DNA from: a virus
Strand: one strand, 5' to 3'
DNA: 37,523 bases
IMG/VR virus record: IMGVR_UViG_3300006000_000001
Coordinates: 1-37,523 of that record
Part shown: positions 37,061 through 37,523 of the stretch, in pieces
How the letters are laid out: each line of letters opens with the position of its first letter
How positions within the stretch are numbered: the stretch's first letter is position 1
The notes under the pieces: model-generated
Told to the model about the DNA's origin: nothing
The model's input: only the letters and a program-made list of their open reading frames with translations
The model's database searches: none
Program-made: the position numbers and the translations under genes

Positions 37061-37130
37061 GGTTTCCGCCTCCTGGCCGATTAAGTTGTGCAAATTTTGC
37101 GCACCTTACACGGTCTCGCGCACGCGCGCA

Positions 37131-37148
37131 AGCCCCATCCTTGGGGCT
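37131..37148 (-). repeat. variant of the early hairpin motif (minus-strand AGCCCC-AAGGAT-GGGGCT)
   Basis: It has a 6-bp stem with the same ANGGAY loop. It lies in the 148-nt gap between 37209 and the initiator start. Confidence 0.5.
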
Positions 37149-37208
37149 GTGGCCTAGAAAATGGATGCTCTTTCCGGCTCCCGATCGTCGCAGCCCCAAC
37201 CGTCGCGA

Positions 37209-37469
37209 TTATCCAACATCGTGTGTACCCCCCGATCTCTTATCTGGGAGAGGCTCCCAGAGGACCAACCTGTACACCAGCCGCTTGACGTCTGTGTTGT
37301 AGTCCTGTAGGTGCTGATCTATGTCTGGGCTTTCTGGCCCAGGCGTAGATGCCTCTCGGATTATGATCTCTGCTGCTTCTCGGACGCACGCATTGTAGCG
37401 CGCGCGTCCTAAATCAGCCTCTGCGGAGCGGATAAAATCAATCTGCTCATCGCTGAGAGTGTAGCTCAT
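37209..37469 (-). CDS. hypothetical early protein spanning the genome junction (86 aa)
   Basis: I use ATG 37469 (equivalent to position 66), which forms a TGATG overlap with the stop of 66..287. GGAGGG lies 8 nt upstream. The track start is GTG 37472. Confidence 0.6.
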   Translation of the reverse strand: MSYTLSDEQIDFIRSAEADLGRARYNACVREAAEIIIREASTPGPESPDIDQHLQDYNTDVKRLVYRLVLWEPLPDKRSGGTHDVG

Positions 37470-37523
37470 CACTTACCCTCCGCGTCGTCTAGTATCTTAT
37501 CTGCTTGCAGCCACCAGTCATCA
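37404..37523. repeat. Terminal direct repeat, right copy (identical to 1..120)
   Basis: See the left copy. Confidence 0.9.

Overview
The window is one complete, wrap-around copy of a tailed-phage genome with podovirus-like gene content. Nucleotides 1..120 are identical to 37404..37523, so the unit length is 37,403 bp and the window start is arbitrary. The CDS 37209..37469 is translationally coupled across the junction to 66..287. About 85% of the genome is transcribed on the minus strand. (i) An early arm of about 12 tiny, mostly acidic ORFs of unknown function (3103 down to 66) starts from two tandem sigma70-like promoters. (ii) After the junction the same strand carries a replication-initiator module with a probable in-gene origin, more small ORFs, membrane and lipoprotein genes, and a stand-alone NrdD-type glycyl-radical domain. 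(iii) A late operon (31390 down to 8944) runs terS, terL, adaptor, fibres, internal proteins, portal, scaffold, major capsid and a distal lectin-like module. The plus strand carries an XRE regulator, six AT-richer orphan ORFs, a YqaJ-type exonuclease, RecT, two more XRE proteins and RuvC (3547..8672), plus one orphan gene (31470..31844). I could not recognise an integrase, DNA polymerase, helicase, primase, RNA polymerase, tRNA, CRISPR array or endolysin. The items most worth a second look are: a promoter-plus-terminator unit with no ORF (candidate ~80-nt sRNA, 8675..8789); a six-copy GCCC-ANGGAY-GGGC hairpin family in the early operon; fully overlapping divergent promoters between the late operon and the orphan gene; the 62-aa NrdD C-terminal 'spare part'; several paralogue families among the early proteins; and a tandem-paralogue plus lectin-fold module after the capsid gene. 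All family assignments rest on motifs read by eye and recalled from memory. No database search or computation was run.
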